NCBI GenBank assembly: GCA_024635455.1
Contig: JAGXIU010000003.1
Coordinates: 354,446 to 418,445 of the forward strand
Length of the DNA: 64,000 bases
Origin: Candidatus Saccharimonadota bacterium
GTDB lineage: Bacteria; Patescibacteriota; Saccharimonadia; Saccharimonadales; SLHW01
Direction of reading: 5' to 3'
Position numbers and translations under genes: made by a program. Below the pieces are notes generated by a model. That model made no database searches. It worked only from the letters and a program-made list of their open reading frames with translations, and was not told the DNA's origin. Within the stretch, counting starts at the first letter, position 1, and every line of letters starts with the position of its first letter. Of the stretch, positions 42,533 to 50,418 are shown one piece after another.

Positions 42533-43150
42533 TTGGAGCATATGAAAAAGCTTTTCAAGGGTGTAAGCCTCAAACAGACACTTCCGTATATCCTCATTGT
42601 TGGTGGATTAATTGGCCTACTATCCTCTATAACACTTACTGCGCAGCGATTCTCTGCCCTCAAGGACCCAAATTTTATACCCTCGTGCAACATCAGTCCA
42701 TTGGTTAGCTGCACTAGTGTCTCGGATACGCCTTACGCCGATATGCTTGGATTTCCTGACACCTTGCTCGGAGTTGCAGCGTTTTCAGTGCTTATCACTG
42801 TTGGTATGGCGCTCATAGCAGGCGCAAACTTCAAACGTTGGTTCTGGGTCGGGTTACAGCTCGGTGTCACGATTGGTTTAGTTGGCATGCACGCATTTTT
42901 CTTCACCAGCGTCTATCTAATAGGCGCGTTATGTATTTACTGCATGATTGTCTGGACAGTAACTATCCCGATTTTTTGGTACACGACACTATATAACTTG
43001 CGGCAAAAACATATCACCACGCCGAAGCGTATGGAAAAATTCGTAGCGTTCATACAGAAGTATCATGGCGACATACTATTTGTTTGGTACGCCATCATTA
43101 TCGGGCTCATTCTTAATCAGTTCTGGGATTATTGGGTATCCCTGCTGTAG
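42533..43150 (+). CDS. vitamin K epoxide reductase (VKOR) family protein
   Basis: Loop Cys pair (PSCNISPLVSC) and CIYC active site in a TM helix. Confidence 0.7.
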   Translation: MEHMKKLFKGVSLKQTLPYILIVGGLIGLLSSITLTAQRFSALKDPNFIPSCNISPLVSCTSVSDTPYADMLGFPDTLLGVAAFSVLITVGMALIAGANFKRWFWVGLQLGVTIGLVGMHAFFFTSVYLIGALCIYCMIVWTVTIPIFWYTTLYNLRQKHITTPKRMEKFVAFIQKYHGDILFVWYAIIIGLILNQFWDYWVSLL

Positions 43151-43187
43151 TCTATCGAAGCTGCATCGAATACGTAAAACCAAAGCA

Positions 43188-43216
43188 AATACCCACCCGC
43201 GAGGTAGGGTATTTTC
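43188..43216. terminator. bidirectional terminator hairpin between convergent genes
   Basis: AAATACCC-ACCCGCGAGGT-AGGGTATTTT. Confidence 0.5.
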
Positions 43217-43242
43217 ATTAGCGCCAGATAGTATGCGCGTGT

Positions 43243-43881
43243 CTATTCGAGGCTGAATGGAGGATATTTATCAGTAGTCAGAAGAACAGCATATGCGGTG
43301 ACTCGCCAGCCCCAACGTACAACGCCGACAACAAAATCAAATAAACTTTTAGGATATGTGCCCGTAAGCAATATCGCAAACCATGCTATAACCGTCACAA
43401 ATAATACGGCAACACCAAGAAATCCTAGGACAATGTAATGAGGGATTGCTAAGAACCATTTAATAAGTGGTGCTAGGCTGTTTAAGTCTTTTTCTACATT
43501 TGGGTACTTAATATCCAAGTGGACGTCCTGCTGTTCGTCTGTAGAAGGATAACGATCAGTTAACAACAAGATATATGCCATTACCCTGAGTGAAAAACGA
43601 TTTAATTCTAGGTTGAAGTTGAACCACCACTTTGGATACTTTTGTCGGAACAGTATCATTAACAGGGTTGCCAAGAATAACCCGCCAACTATACCTCCAC
43701 CACTGCTAGCGATCCCACTACTTTGCTCAGCGTTAAATTCAATAACTCCCTCGCCGGACAAAGCTGACAAGATCACAAAAATCGGAATAGCCATTATCAG
43801 CCGAAAGAAAGTCGTTACACGATCTAGTTTTTTAGGATAATCGATTTTTAGGCTTGCCGGGTAAGTGTCTTTTGTAAACAT
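43243..43881 (-). CDS. DUF4389 domain membrane protein
   Basis: Duplicated pattern ...R.TTFFRLIMAIPIF... and ...FLAIPHYIVL...YP..LFDFVVGVVRW typical of DUF4389. Confidence 0.65.
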   Translation of the reverse strand: MFTKDTYPASLKIDYPKKLDRVTTFFRLIMAIPIFVILSALSGEGVIEFNAEQSSGIASSGGGIVGGLFLATLLMILFRQKYPKWWFNFNLELNRFSLRVMAYILLLTDRYPSTDEQQDVHLDIKYPNVEKDLNSLAPLIKWFLAIPHYIVLGFLGVAVLFVTVIAWFAILLTGTYPKSLFDFVVGVVRWGWRVTAYAVLLTTDKYPPFSLE

Positions 43882-44014
43882 AGAGATCTCCTTGTTGGTG
43901 GTGAATTCATTTTATTCTACACTCCTCACAGCATAAATAACTAGCAAGATATGTCTTTAGGTGTTGCACTTACTGACAACGTAGGACTGATTATTAGAGT
44001 AACGTCACTTCTTT

Positions 44015-44098
44015 CACCACGCTCACTTGACGGGGTTTGCATCCGCCTGATCGAAGCCAAGAAAAATACCCTATAAAGGTTTAGGGTGTGTTTTGTGG
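44015..44098. repeat. copy A (shorter, diverged) of the ~100-nt intergenic repeat
   Basis: 44021-44072 is identical to 45392-45443. The hairpin arm has diverged. Overlaps the stop codon of the hydrolase gene. Confidence 0.85.
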
Positions 44099-45316
44099 GC
44101 CAGGTGGGCCGTTGAGCTGGCGCGCGAGTGTTCCCATAAGCCAAGGCCAAGCAACGCCACCTTCGTCCCGGCCCAGTCGCACAATGACGGTGTCCTCGTT
44201 AGGGGCAATGTAAATGTATTGGCCTAGGTTACCTTGGGCGGCGAAGTCAGTAGGGCTACCCTGCGGACCGGTTGGGTACACCCACCAGAAGTTTTGATAA
44301 TTCTCAGACGGATCACCCGTTGTGTCGACGGATGTTGCGTCGCGTACCCATTGCTCTGGAACGACCTGCTTACCATCAACGATGCCGTCGTTCGCAAACA
44401 TTAGACCAAATCGAGCAAAATCAATGGGGCGCGCATTGACGCCACTCTCCATCTTTTCGAAGCCACTACTGACGCTATCCAAGCTCCAAGAAGCGTCGGC
44501 CTCTGCTCCGAGTGGCTTCCATAGGACATCACTCATGTAGTCGGTGACTTTCTGATCGGTCGCTCGCTCAAGCGCCATCCCGAGCAATAGCGGATTATAG
44601 TTGTTGTAGAGAAATGTCTTACCGGGTGCCTCGTCGATGACCGCGGAGAGTCCAGTTGCTCTCAAATCAGGAGAGTAGTACGTTTTCGCGGGGTCACCCC
44701 AAGGTGTCTTTTGATCTTCGTAGGCAAGGCCTGACGACATCGTAATTAGGTTCTTAAGCGTTATTGAGCTGAACTGTGGGTCGCGGTCGAGCAACTCGGG
44801 CACATAGTCAGTTATAGGATCATCAAGCGAGCCAATATGTCCCTGGTCGATCGCGATACCGATGAGAGTTGAGAGGAAAGACTTAGAGACAGAAAAAGAA
44901 GTTTGGAGCGTTTCTCGTTCAATGTTTTCTCCATACCACTCGTTCACCAGAACACCGTCTTTCACCACCAAGAACGCAGTTGTGTCGGTTCGCGTTAGGA
45001 AAGCGTCAAGATCGCCTCCAGCCACGAGTGTAGGGTCGAGTCCCCCGCCCATTGCAGGATCAATTCGTTTGAATGCTTCAGACGTCTTGTTGTTGAGTGC
45101 TACAGGTAGATCCGACGATACTGACGCCTCAATTACTCGCGAAGGGAACCGATTTATGTCACCAACGTCTGCGTCGAACCAGACGACAGAGCGAGCAAAC
45201 TGCGAACGCCCAGTAAGACTAAAAAGCAAGCCGTATGTCAGTGCTAGTATGCCAATTATGGCGACTAGTATTATCACTGCGTGGCGAACTTTAGGATTTT
45301 TTATTTTTCTCAGCAT
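44081..45316 (-). CDS. serine hydrolase, beta-lactamase (class C/PBP4*-like) family, membrane-anchored
   Basis: SVSKSF (SxxK) motif, YNNYN (YxN-like). Start moved to MLRKIKNPK because the upstream part of the track ORF reads through repeat copy B. Confidence 0.78.
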   Translation of the reverse strand: MLRKIKNPKVRHAVIILVAIIGILALTYGLLFSLTGRSQFARSVVWFDADVGDINRFPSRVIEASVSSDLPVALNNKTSEAFKRIDPAMGGGLDPTLVAGGDLDAFLTRTDTTAFLVVKDGVLVNEWYGENIERETLQTSFSVSKSFLSTLIGIAIDQGHIGSLDDPITDYVPELLDRDPQFSSITLKNLITMSSGLAYEDQKTPWGDPAKTYYSPDLRATGLSAVIDEAPGKTFLYNNYNPLLLGMALERATDQKVTDYMSDVLWKPLGAEADASWSLDSVSSGFEKMESGVNARPIDFARFGLMFANDGIVDGKQVVPEQWVRDATSVDTTGDPSENYQNFWWVYPTGPQGSPTDFAAQGNLGQYIYIAPNEDTVIVRLGRDEGGVAWPWLMGTLARQLNGPPGPQNTP

Positions 45317-45370
45317 AAGCTTATTATAGCGCGGTAGTTTAGAAATGGGGATTAATATCTGTGTTACTCG

Positions 45371-45471
45371 CACCAAACCCTCGTTCGCTAGGCTCACTTG
45401 ACGGGGTTTGCATCCGCCTGATCGAAGCCAAGAAAAATACCCTACACAAGGCAGGGTACTTTTCTTGGTGC
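45371..45471. repeat. copy B of the 101-nt intergenic repeat
   Basis: 100/101 identical to 47359-47459. Confidence 0.95.
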
Positions 45472-45585
45472 AGCAGGTACAAATAGGTTTACGCCAAATC
45501 AATGAAGAACTGATTAGATGGAGGGAGATTCTAGCTGTTCCCTACCAGCAGTACTTGTTATCTAAGTAAGGTTAGGGAGTTACAC

Positions 45586-46065
45586 TTACTCTTGTGAAAC
45601 TTGGATACTTCCTACTTCTGAAGGATTGAGATGGTTATGGTATTGCCAATTTCCAGCATTCTCAAATGTAAATACATACTCTTCACCAGGACTTATTGAT
45701 TCCTCCGAATCGAAACCAGGCAAAACTGTATGCGTAGGGTGATTATCTGATGCAATCCAAACTTCTTGACTACTTTCATTGAAAAACTTTACTGTTGAGC
45801 CTGGTGTAATTGGTCCGATTTGCTCTGGGTCAAAACGCCTATCAACATATGTCACAACCGCAGAAATAGTTTCGTCTTGTCCGTTTACTACGGCTTCATC
45901 GACTCCCTCACTCCCTGGTGCTGGAACTGCACTTACGAGTTCTTGATTTTGGTTTTCAGATGTATTTTCTACTTTTGACGCAGGCTCATCCGACCCTGTG
46001 AAGGCCCACACCCCTACTCCTGCTATCACAATTATTGTTACAATCGCAATCAATGATTTACTCAT
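45586..46065 (-). CDS. secreted cupredoxin-fold-like protein (no Cys copper ligand seen)
   Basis: Signal/TM, then TVKFFNESSQEVWIASDNHPTH...EEYVFTFENAGNWQYHNHLNPSEVGSIQV, which resembles the cupredoxin_1 pattern. Confidence 0.4.
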   Translation of the reverse strand: MSKSLIAIVTIIVIAGVGVWAFTGSDEPASKVENTSENQNQELVSAVPAPGSEGVDEAVVNGQDETISAVVTYVDRRFDPEQIGPITPGSTVKFFNESSQEVWIASDNHPTHTVLPGFDSEESISPGEEYVFTFENAGNWQYHNHLNPSEVGSIQVSQE

Positions 46066-46214
46066 GAAATCTCTCCTTTAATAGATACATTGTATCAAAA
46101 CAAAAGACGACGCCAGAACATCATCCCTTTTGATATGGTGCACTGCTGTGGATGGACTTCTAACTTCTATTGCTGGTTTAAATAGCCATTATTACTAGGT
46201 GCTACAATTAGATA

Positions 46215-46424
46215 ATGAATGAAACGAGACAAACAGCATTAGTTAAGTGTCCAAAATGTAGTCATGAAACAGAACTTGAAGTACCACAAACAAGCTGCTT
46301 GCCTGCTTACAAATGTGGAGGTTGCGGTGAGTTGATTATGATACCTAAAGACTCCGAGAACTGTTGCATAGTCTGCGAATACTCAGATGACGAATGTCCA
46401 ATACCAAACAAACATAAAAAATAG
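46215..46424 (+). CDS. GDCCVxC domain-containing small Cys-rich protein
   Basis: CPKC...C..YKCGGCG...ENCCIVCEYSDDECP matches the GDCCVxC family layout. Confidence 0.7.
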   Translation: MNETRQTALVKCPKCSHETELEVPQTSCLPAYKCGGCGELIMIPKDSENCCIVCEYSDDECPIPNKHKK

Positions 46425-46461
46425 TAACAAAAAGACGATTAGGGTATTTTCCTCTTTGGTC

Positions 46462-46506
46462 TGGTGCGAGCGAGGGGATATCGGTAAGCCTTTTCCGTTG
46501 AAACAT
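46462..46506. repeat. second, degenerate att-like copy (tRNA-Gly 3' end core plus element-proximal sequence)
   Basis: TGGTGCGAGcGAGGGGATATCGGtAAGCCTTTTCCGTTgAAACAT matches 47280-47324 at 42/45 positions. Confidence 0.85.
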
Positions 46507-46547
46507 TCAATCTTTCAGCAGAACTTATTTAGTCACAAATACAATAG

Positions 46548-46829
46548 TTAACTTCCTGCTATAGGCGAACCAAATACACCAACTGCGAGTTCCGCCCAAA
46601 AAAGTAGGAACAGCGCTACTATAAATAATCCAACCACAATCTGATTCATACTTCTTGCTCTATTTGTAATTAGACTGGCAGCGAAGCCAAGCCCTGCTAA
46701 CAACACTGACATGATAATAAAACTAGGCACATTCCAATCAAAATTGTTTGATATCATCATTCCAATGATTGGTATAAGTAAAAGTGATTCTGCGCCTACT
46801 ATAAATCGCTTAATTCTTTTATAGTCCAC
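46548..46829 (-). CDS. small membrane protein (3 TM)
   Basis: GTG start with AAGAGG RBS. Confidence 0.4.
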   Translation of the reverse strand: MDYKRIKRFIVGAESLLLIPIIGMMISNNFDWNVPSFIIMSVLLAGLGFAASLITNRARSMNQIVVGLFIVALFLLFWAELAVGVFGSPIAGS

Positions 46830-46843
46830 GGCTACCTCTTTCT

Positions 46844-47128
46844 TTAGTATTTAATATTATTGAGTGCTTGAATAGAACCATTATTAAAAGCTTTATTTTT
46901 ATCAATTAAATTAAGTAGTCTCATCGCCTGGTACAAAGCAAAATAAAAAGGAATTGCTGGTATATATAATCCAGCCAATATTGGTTTGTAAAATCCTGTT
47001 TGGTCAGAGGAAAGTCCAGCTGGAAGAGCAAAAATACAAATTACAAGCACAGTTAGGCCTATGAAGACGATTGTTGCTCGCAGAAGTACTGTTGAGCCAC
47101 GTTCAATTAATTTTATTGCTGTGTTCAT
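46844..47128 (-). CDS. DUF2975-like small membrane protein
   Basis: 2 TM followed by NLIDKNKAFNNGSIQALNNI, which resembles the DUF2975 core. Confidence 0.4.
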   Translation of the reverse strand: MNTAIKLIERGSTVLLRATIVFIGLTVLVICIFALPAGLSSDQTGFYKPILAGLYIPAIPFYFALYQAMRLLNLIDKNKAFNNGSIQALNNIKY

Positions 47129-47278
47129 ATCTAAAAGATTACACAGTATTTATTGTTTATCAATATATTTTTATTGTTAAAATTTTCACTAATAGAGTAA
47201 GTTAGAGTCGTAGTTTGGGTTAAAGCAAAAAACGCAGATTTGCTCGACGTTTCTCAGGGGTCATGTTCTGCAATATAT

Positions 47279-47297
47279 TTGGTGCGAGTGAGGGGAT
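47279..47297. repeat. attL core (displaced copy of the tRNA-Gly 3' end)
   Basis: Identical to 62235-62253. Confidence 0.9.
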
Positions 47298-47358
47298 ATC
47301 GGCAAGCCTTTTCCGTTCAAACATGCTCGATGCAAGCATCTGCGCGTGATTTCACTCC

Positions 47359-47459
47359 ACCAAACCCTCGTTCGCTAAGCTCACTTGACGGGGTTTGCAT
47401 CCGCCTGATCGAAGCCAAGAAAAATACCCTACACAAGGCAGGGTACTTTTCTTGGTGCG
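47359..47459. repeat. copy C of the 101-nt repeat, just inside attL
   Basis: 100/101 identical to copy B. Contains the TACCCT...AGGGTA hairpin plus T-run (a minus-strand terminator for 47649-48320). Confidence 0.95.
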
Positions 47460-47648
47460 CCATAAGCTACGAAAGTAAAACCTTACTTCTTAGAGATTTG
47501 CAAAAAATACCTGAGAATTAAACACACCTGCGTTCCTATATAGTTTGTCCAGTAAGTGAAACAGCTACTGACAGTATGAGTCTAGAATTACTAACCGATA
47601 ACCGAGACAATGTAGACAACTATAAGTTATGGGAGTTAGTGAAGAGAT

Positions 47649-48320
47649 TTAATCAATTAACTCCTGCAACAAGACTTTGAAATTAAGTTCTCCAATATTC
47701 TTCGGTGAAATAACTACATTTTGAGAACTATTCAAAGTCATATAAGAATAGCCAGCTAACTCGGGTACAGCTTCTAGCCAGAGATTCTTGCTCCGCATTA
47801 CGACGATTACCTTGTTTCTGCGAATTGCTTCTCTAACAATTTCAAATGAGTAGAGCTGTGAGGGTGTGTAGCTGTTGATGTGTTTATAGTTCACTGAATG
47901 ATATGGGAAGTACTCAACCATCATAATTTTATCTCGCAGTACTTCTTCTGAAATACCCGCAGTAATAAGAGGTTTAAGTTTTGCACTCCACCATTTATAG
48001 CCACCTGTTGCTTCTAGTCCACCGTTAAAGTAATAGAATGGCGAAGTGTAAGGGTTCTCTAGGTTATTACGACAGCCTTCAATAAACTCAGGCAACTTCA
48101 TATTTACATCTACATCGGAATCGGTGAAGCCAGGGTTAAGGGCTAAAAAGACTACTTTAGCTTCATTTAAACCACCTACTAGTGGTTCGGGCAGAGTATC
48201 GAGTCTTAGCCCGATAAAGTTCTTGTGGCTTTCAATAACCGCTAAATCTTCGGCGATAATATAAGGTTCTGTATCAGGCAAATTAGTCCAAGGATTAGTC
48301 AATATTAACCCGCTAGTCAT
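47649..48320 (-). CDS. hypothetical protein, possibly uracil-DNA-glycosylase-superfamily fold
   Basis: VVFLALNPGF resembles UDG motif A (G-x-NPG of the MUG/SMUG families). YFPYHS resembles motif B (HPS), about 90 aa later. Not verified. Confidence 0.35.
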   Translation of the reverse strand: MTSGLILTNPWTNLPDTEPYIIAEDLAVIESHKNFIGLRLDTLPEPLVGGLNEAKVVFLALNPGFTDSDVDVNMKLPEFIEGCRNNLENPYTSPFYYFNGGLEATGGYKWWSAKLKPLITAGISEEVLRDKIMMVEYFPYHSVNYKHINSYTPSQLYSFEIVREAIRRNKVIVVMRSKNLWLEAVPELAGYSYMTLNSSQNVVISPKNIGELNFKVLLQELID

Positions 48321-48322
48321 GG

Positions 48323-48625
48323 CTACAACCTCTCCATCAACTCTAGAAATGCGTCATCTACCCACATAAATAAGCCCTTGTCCCTAAATGTATCTACTTC
48401 GTTATGAGGAACAATTTCATCAAATACCTTGCCATTTACTACCTGTGCATTAAATCCATAAGGCGAACCTTCTTCGTCTGATATTCGCTTTAGATAAAAG
48501 TAACTCTGATAGTCAGGGTGCGTGTACTTATACTCCTTACCTCTATGTTGCGTCCAAGCGTCTTGTGACTCTTTGAAAATGAACCCTTTACTAAGTAGAG
48601 TTGTATCGTATTCTTCTCTCGTCAT
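48323..48625 (-). CDS. hypothetical protein (100 aa), co-transcribed with 47649-48320
   Basis: 2-nt gap to the downstream gene. The track start at 48631 is a TTG; the ATG at 48625 has TGaTATACT 6 nt upstream. Confidence 0.45.
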   Translation of the reverse strand: MTREEYDTTLLSKGFIFKESQDAWTQHRGKEYKYTHPDYQSYFYLKRISDEEGSPYGFNAQVVNGKVFDEIVPHNEVDTFRDKGLFMWVDDAFLELMERL

Positions 48626-48700
48626 AGCCAAAGTATATCAGAGAGTCAGTAACTTTTTATTGGGGGTGTGCTCATACGAAAATAGTCTACAATTAGCTTA

Positions 48701-48877
48701 ATGATTGGCAAAATAGACGAAAAGAAACTAGCAGAGTGGAAGAAGACATTAGCTGATAGTGGCGTAACCTATGAAACTGATTATGAGTATCGAGAAGCTA
48801 TCCACAATCTAGTTGGCTACTTTGATATTTTGATACAAATAGACTTAGCTAATAATGAAAATGACTCCAAAAACTAA
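48701..48877 (+). CDS. small acidic hypothetical protein (58 aa, below track cutoff)
   Basis: Hand translation MIGKIDEKKLAEWKKTLADSGVTYETDYEYREAIHNLVGYFDILIQIDLANNENDSKN. Convergent with the SLATT gene. Confidence 0.25.
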   Translation: MIGKIDEKKLAEWKKTLADSGVTYETDYEYREAIHNLVGYFDILIQIDLANNENDSKN

Positions 48878-49387
48878 CTATTTCTTTTTTTTCTTAATGG
48901 CTTTGTAGGTTTGACCGCCACTTTTTATATTAGATTTGGCTTTCTTATACGCCTTAACCGATGGAATTAAAGCCGTTCCGTTGATTTCTTGCTGTCTTGC
49001 CACAAGTTTAGCCAATATTTCCCTTGCTTCATCGACAGGCAGTTCCCCTAAATCAACATCTATAAATATTCTTGTATCCTGTTGTAGAGCTAAGTAAGCA
49101 TTTGCAGTAGCGTGAGCCTGATCAATTTTCTTGGAGTAATTCAAGGTTGTCATTATTCCACTTAAAAATGCAGCTAAAAGTGCCATTATTGCGACTGGCG
49201 TTTTACCTATCGTAGTTGCTAGTCCAGCCACACCTGCAATCGCTGCGATTCCTGACGAAGGTATTCCCAAGAATAAGTATCGTTTATTCCACAGTTTTGC
49301 CTGTTCAAACTGTCCTTGAGAACTGTACATTACAGCCTCGTGAACTTTGTTTGCCTCTTGGCGTATAGCGTCTTTTCTATTCTTCAT
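48878..49387 (-). CDS. SLATT-domain 2TM effector protein
   Basis: N-terminal helix, two adjacent TM helices (FLGIPSSGIAAIAGVAGLA / VAIMALLAAFLSGIMTTL), C-terminal helical region. TAATG overlap with the upstream NTase. Confidence 0.6.
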   Translation of the reverse strand: MKNRKDAIRQEANKVHEAVMYSSQGQFEQAKLWNKRYLFLGIPSSGIAAIAGVAGLATTIGKTPVAIMALLAAFLSGIMTTLNYSKKIDQAHATANAYLALQQDTRIFIDVDLGELPVDEAREILAKLVARQQEINGTALIPSVKAYKKAKSNIKSGGQTYKAIKKKKK

Positions 49388-50229
49388 TATATTTCCCTGT
49401 CAAAAACTAGCTTCCACCAACCAAGTGCGTCAGTATGCTGGTCGGCTTTCTGGCAAGCTACGGCATTGTTTACTCTAGTTAAGGCAGTGTTTAGCTTAGA
49501 CATTGCATCTAGCCGCTGTAACTCTGTAGTGCAGGGACTTACTAATCCAGAGATACCCATTGGGTCACGAATTGCTGCAAGATTGTCAGAAATCAGTCGA
49601 CTTATTACTCGCTGAATATCATATTCATAAATTATTGACTCTTCATCTTGGCAATACTTGGCAATACGCAATTCCAGGTAAAACGAAGATATCGGTATAT
49701 TTCTAAAGTATTTAAGAGCCTTTATAAGCCTTATTAACGGCTTTACCTTGTACCCTAGGTTAGAGTTAATGTTGTTTACATACGCATTGTGAGCCGATGG
49801 ACTAGCTTTTTGCCAACCGCCAAAGTCAGGTATTAGATAAACGCTAAAACCATTACTCTGCTCTTGATAATATGCAGGTGTAACTTCAACAGTTCTATTG
49901 TCTGAGAAATAGCACACTACTGCTGGTGTTCTAATTCCGATAGAACTGGAAGTAAACCTGCCTTCGAAGGAAGTTTTTACAGCTGAAAGCATAGACTGCG
50001 AATCATTGCGTTGCGAAGCAGCTGGAATACTAGCCATCAGGTCTAAATCCGTATAGAACCTTACGCCAGTTCCGTTGCCAAAAGAACCCGTTTCGTTGCA
50101 GATACTCACGTTAAATGAGTCATTAAGTCGGGCTTTGATTGAAAGTTTATGGGTAGCATACGACGCTCTCTCCGCATCGGTCGGAGTTAATCTTGCGAGA
50201 AAATCTACGAAGTGTTGGTTAATTGTCAT
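49387..50229 (-). CDS. SMODS-like nucleotidyltransferase (pol-beta fold)
   Basis: GSFGNGTGVRFYTDLDLM (GS...DxD) and downstream acidic strand VEVTPAY. Confidence 0.65.
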   Translation of the reverse strand: MTINQHFVDFLARLTPTDAERASYATHKLSIKARLNDSFNVSICNETGSFGNGTGVRFYTDLDLMASIPAASQRNDSQSMLSAVKTSFEGRFTSSSIGIRTPAVVCYFSDNRTVEVTPAYYQEQSNGFSVYLIPDFGGWQKASPSAHNAYVNNINSNLGYKVKPLIRLIKALKYFRNIPISSFYLELRIAKYCQDEESIIYEYDIQRVISRLISDNLAAIRDPMGISGLVSPCTTELQRLDAMSKLNTALTRVNNAVACQKADQHTDALGWWKLVFDREI

Positions 50230-50418
50230 AATATATCCTAGCTATATTATGCTACAGCTTCCAACAGATACAAAGCGTAAGCATTGACAAAAGCCAAATT
50301 AATGTTATTAGTGCTTATGCTTGCAATCAATAATGTACGCAGTTACAAGCTGTTTGATATTTGTCAGGTGTTAGGAGTTTATTGTGTCGTAGGGTCTAAC
50401 TAGCATACAATTACAGCT

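Noticed and set aside
47006-47016. GAGGAAAGTCC, the highly conserved P4 sequence of bacterial RNase P RNA
   Set aside because: It lies inside, and antisense to, a good small membrane-protein ORF. The flanks are AT-rich and lack the other RNase P conserved regions (no P4 3' strand ACAGAAnnCGGCUUA, no GC-rich helices). It is a chance 11-mer.
46548-47128. The two small membrane ORFs as halves of one frameshifted DUF2975 pseudogene
   Set aside because: The second ORF has its own GTG start with an AAGAGG ribosome-binding site 14 nt after the first ORF's stop. Two intact genes are equally likely, so there is no positive evidence for a frameshift.
47240-47521. Track ORF 47240-47521 (+), the N-terminal 62 codons of ORF 44081-45502 and ORF 43941-44150 (-)
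   Set aside because: All of them are translations of the att core and the ~100-nt repeat copies. The same DNA gives unrelated frames at different copies, so the conservation is at nucleotide level, not protein level.
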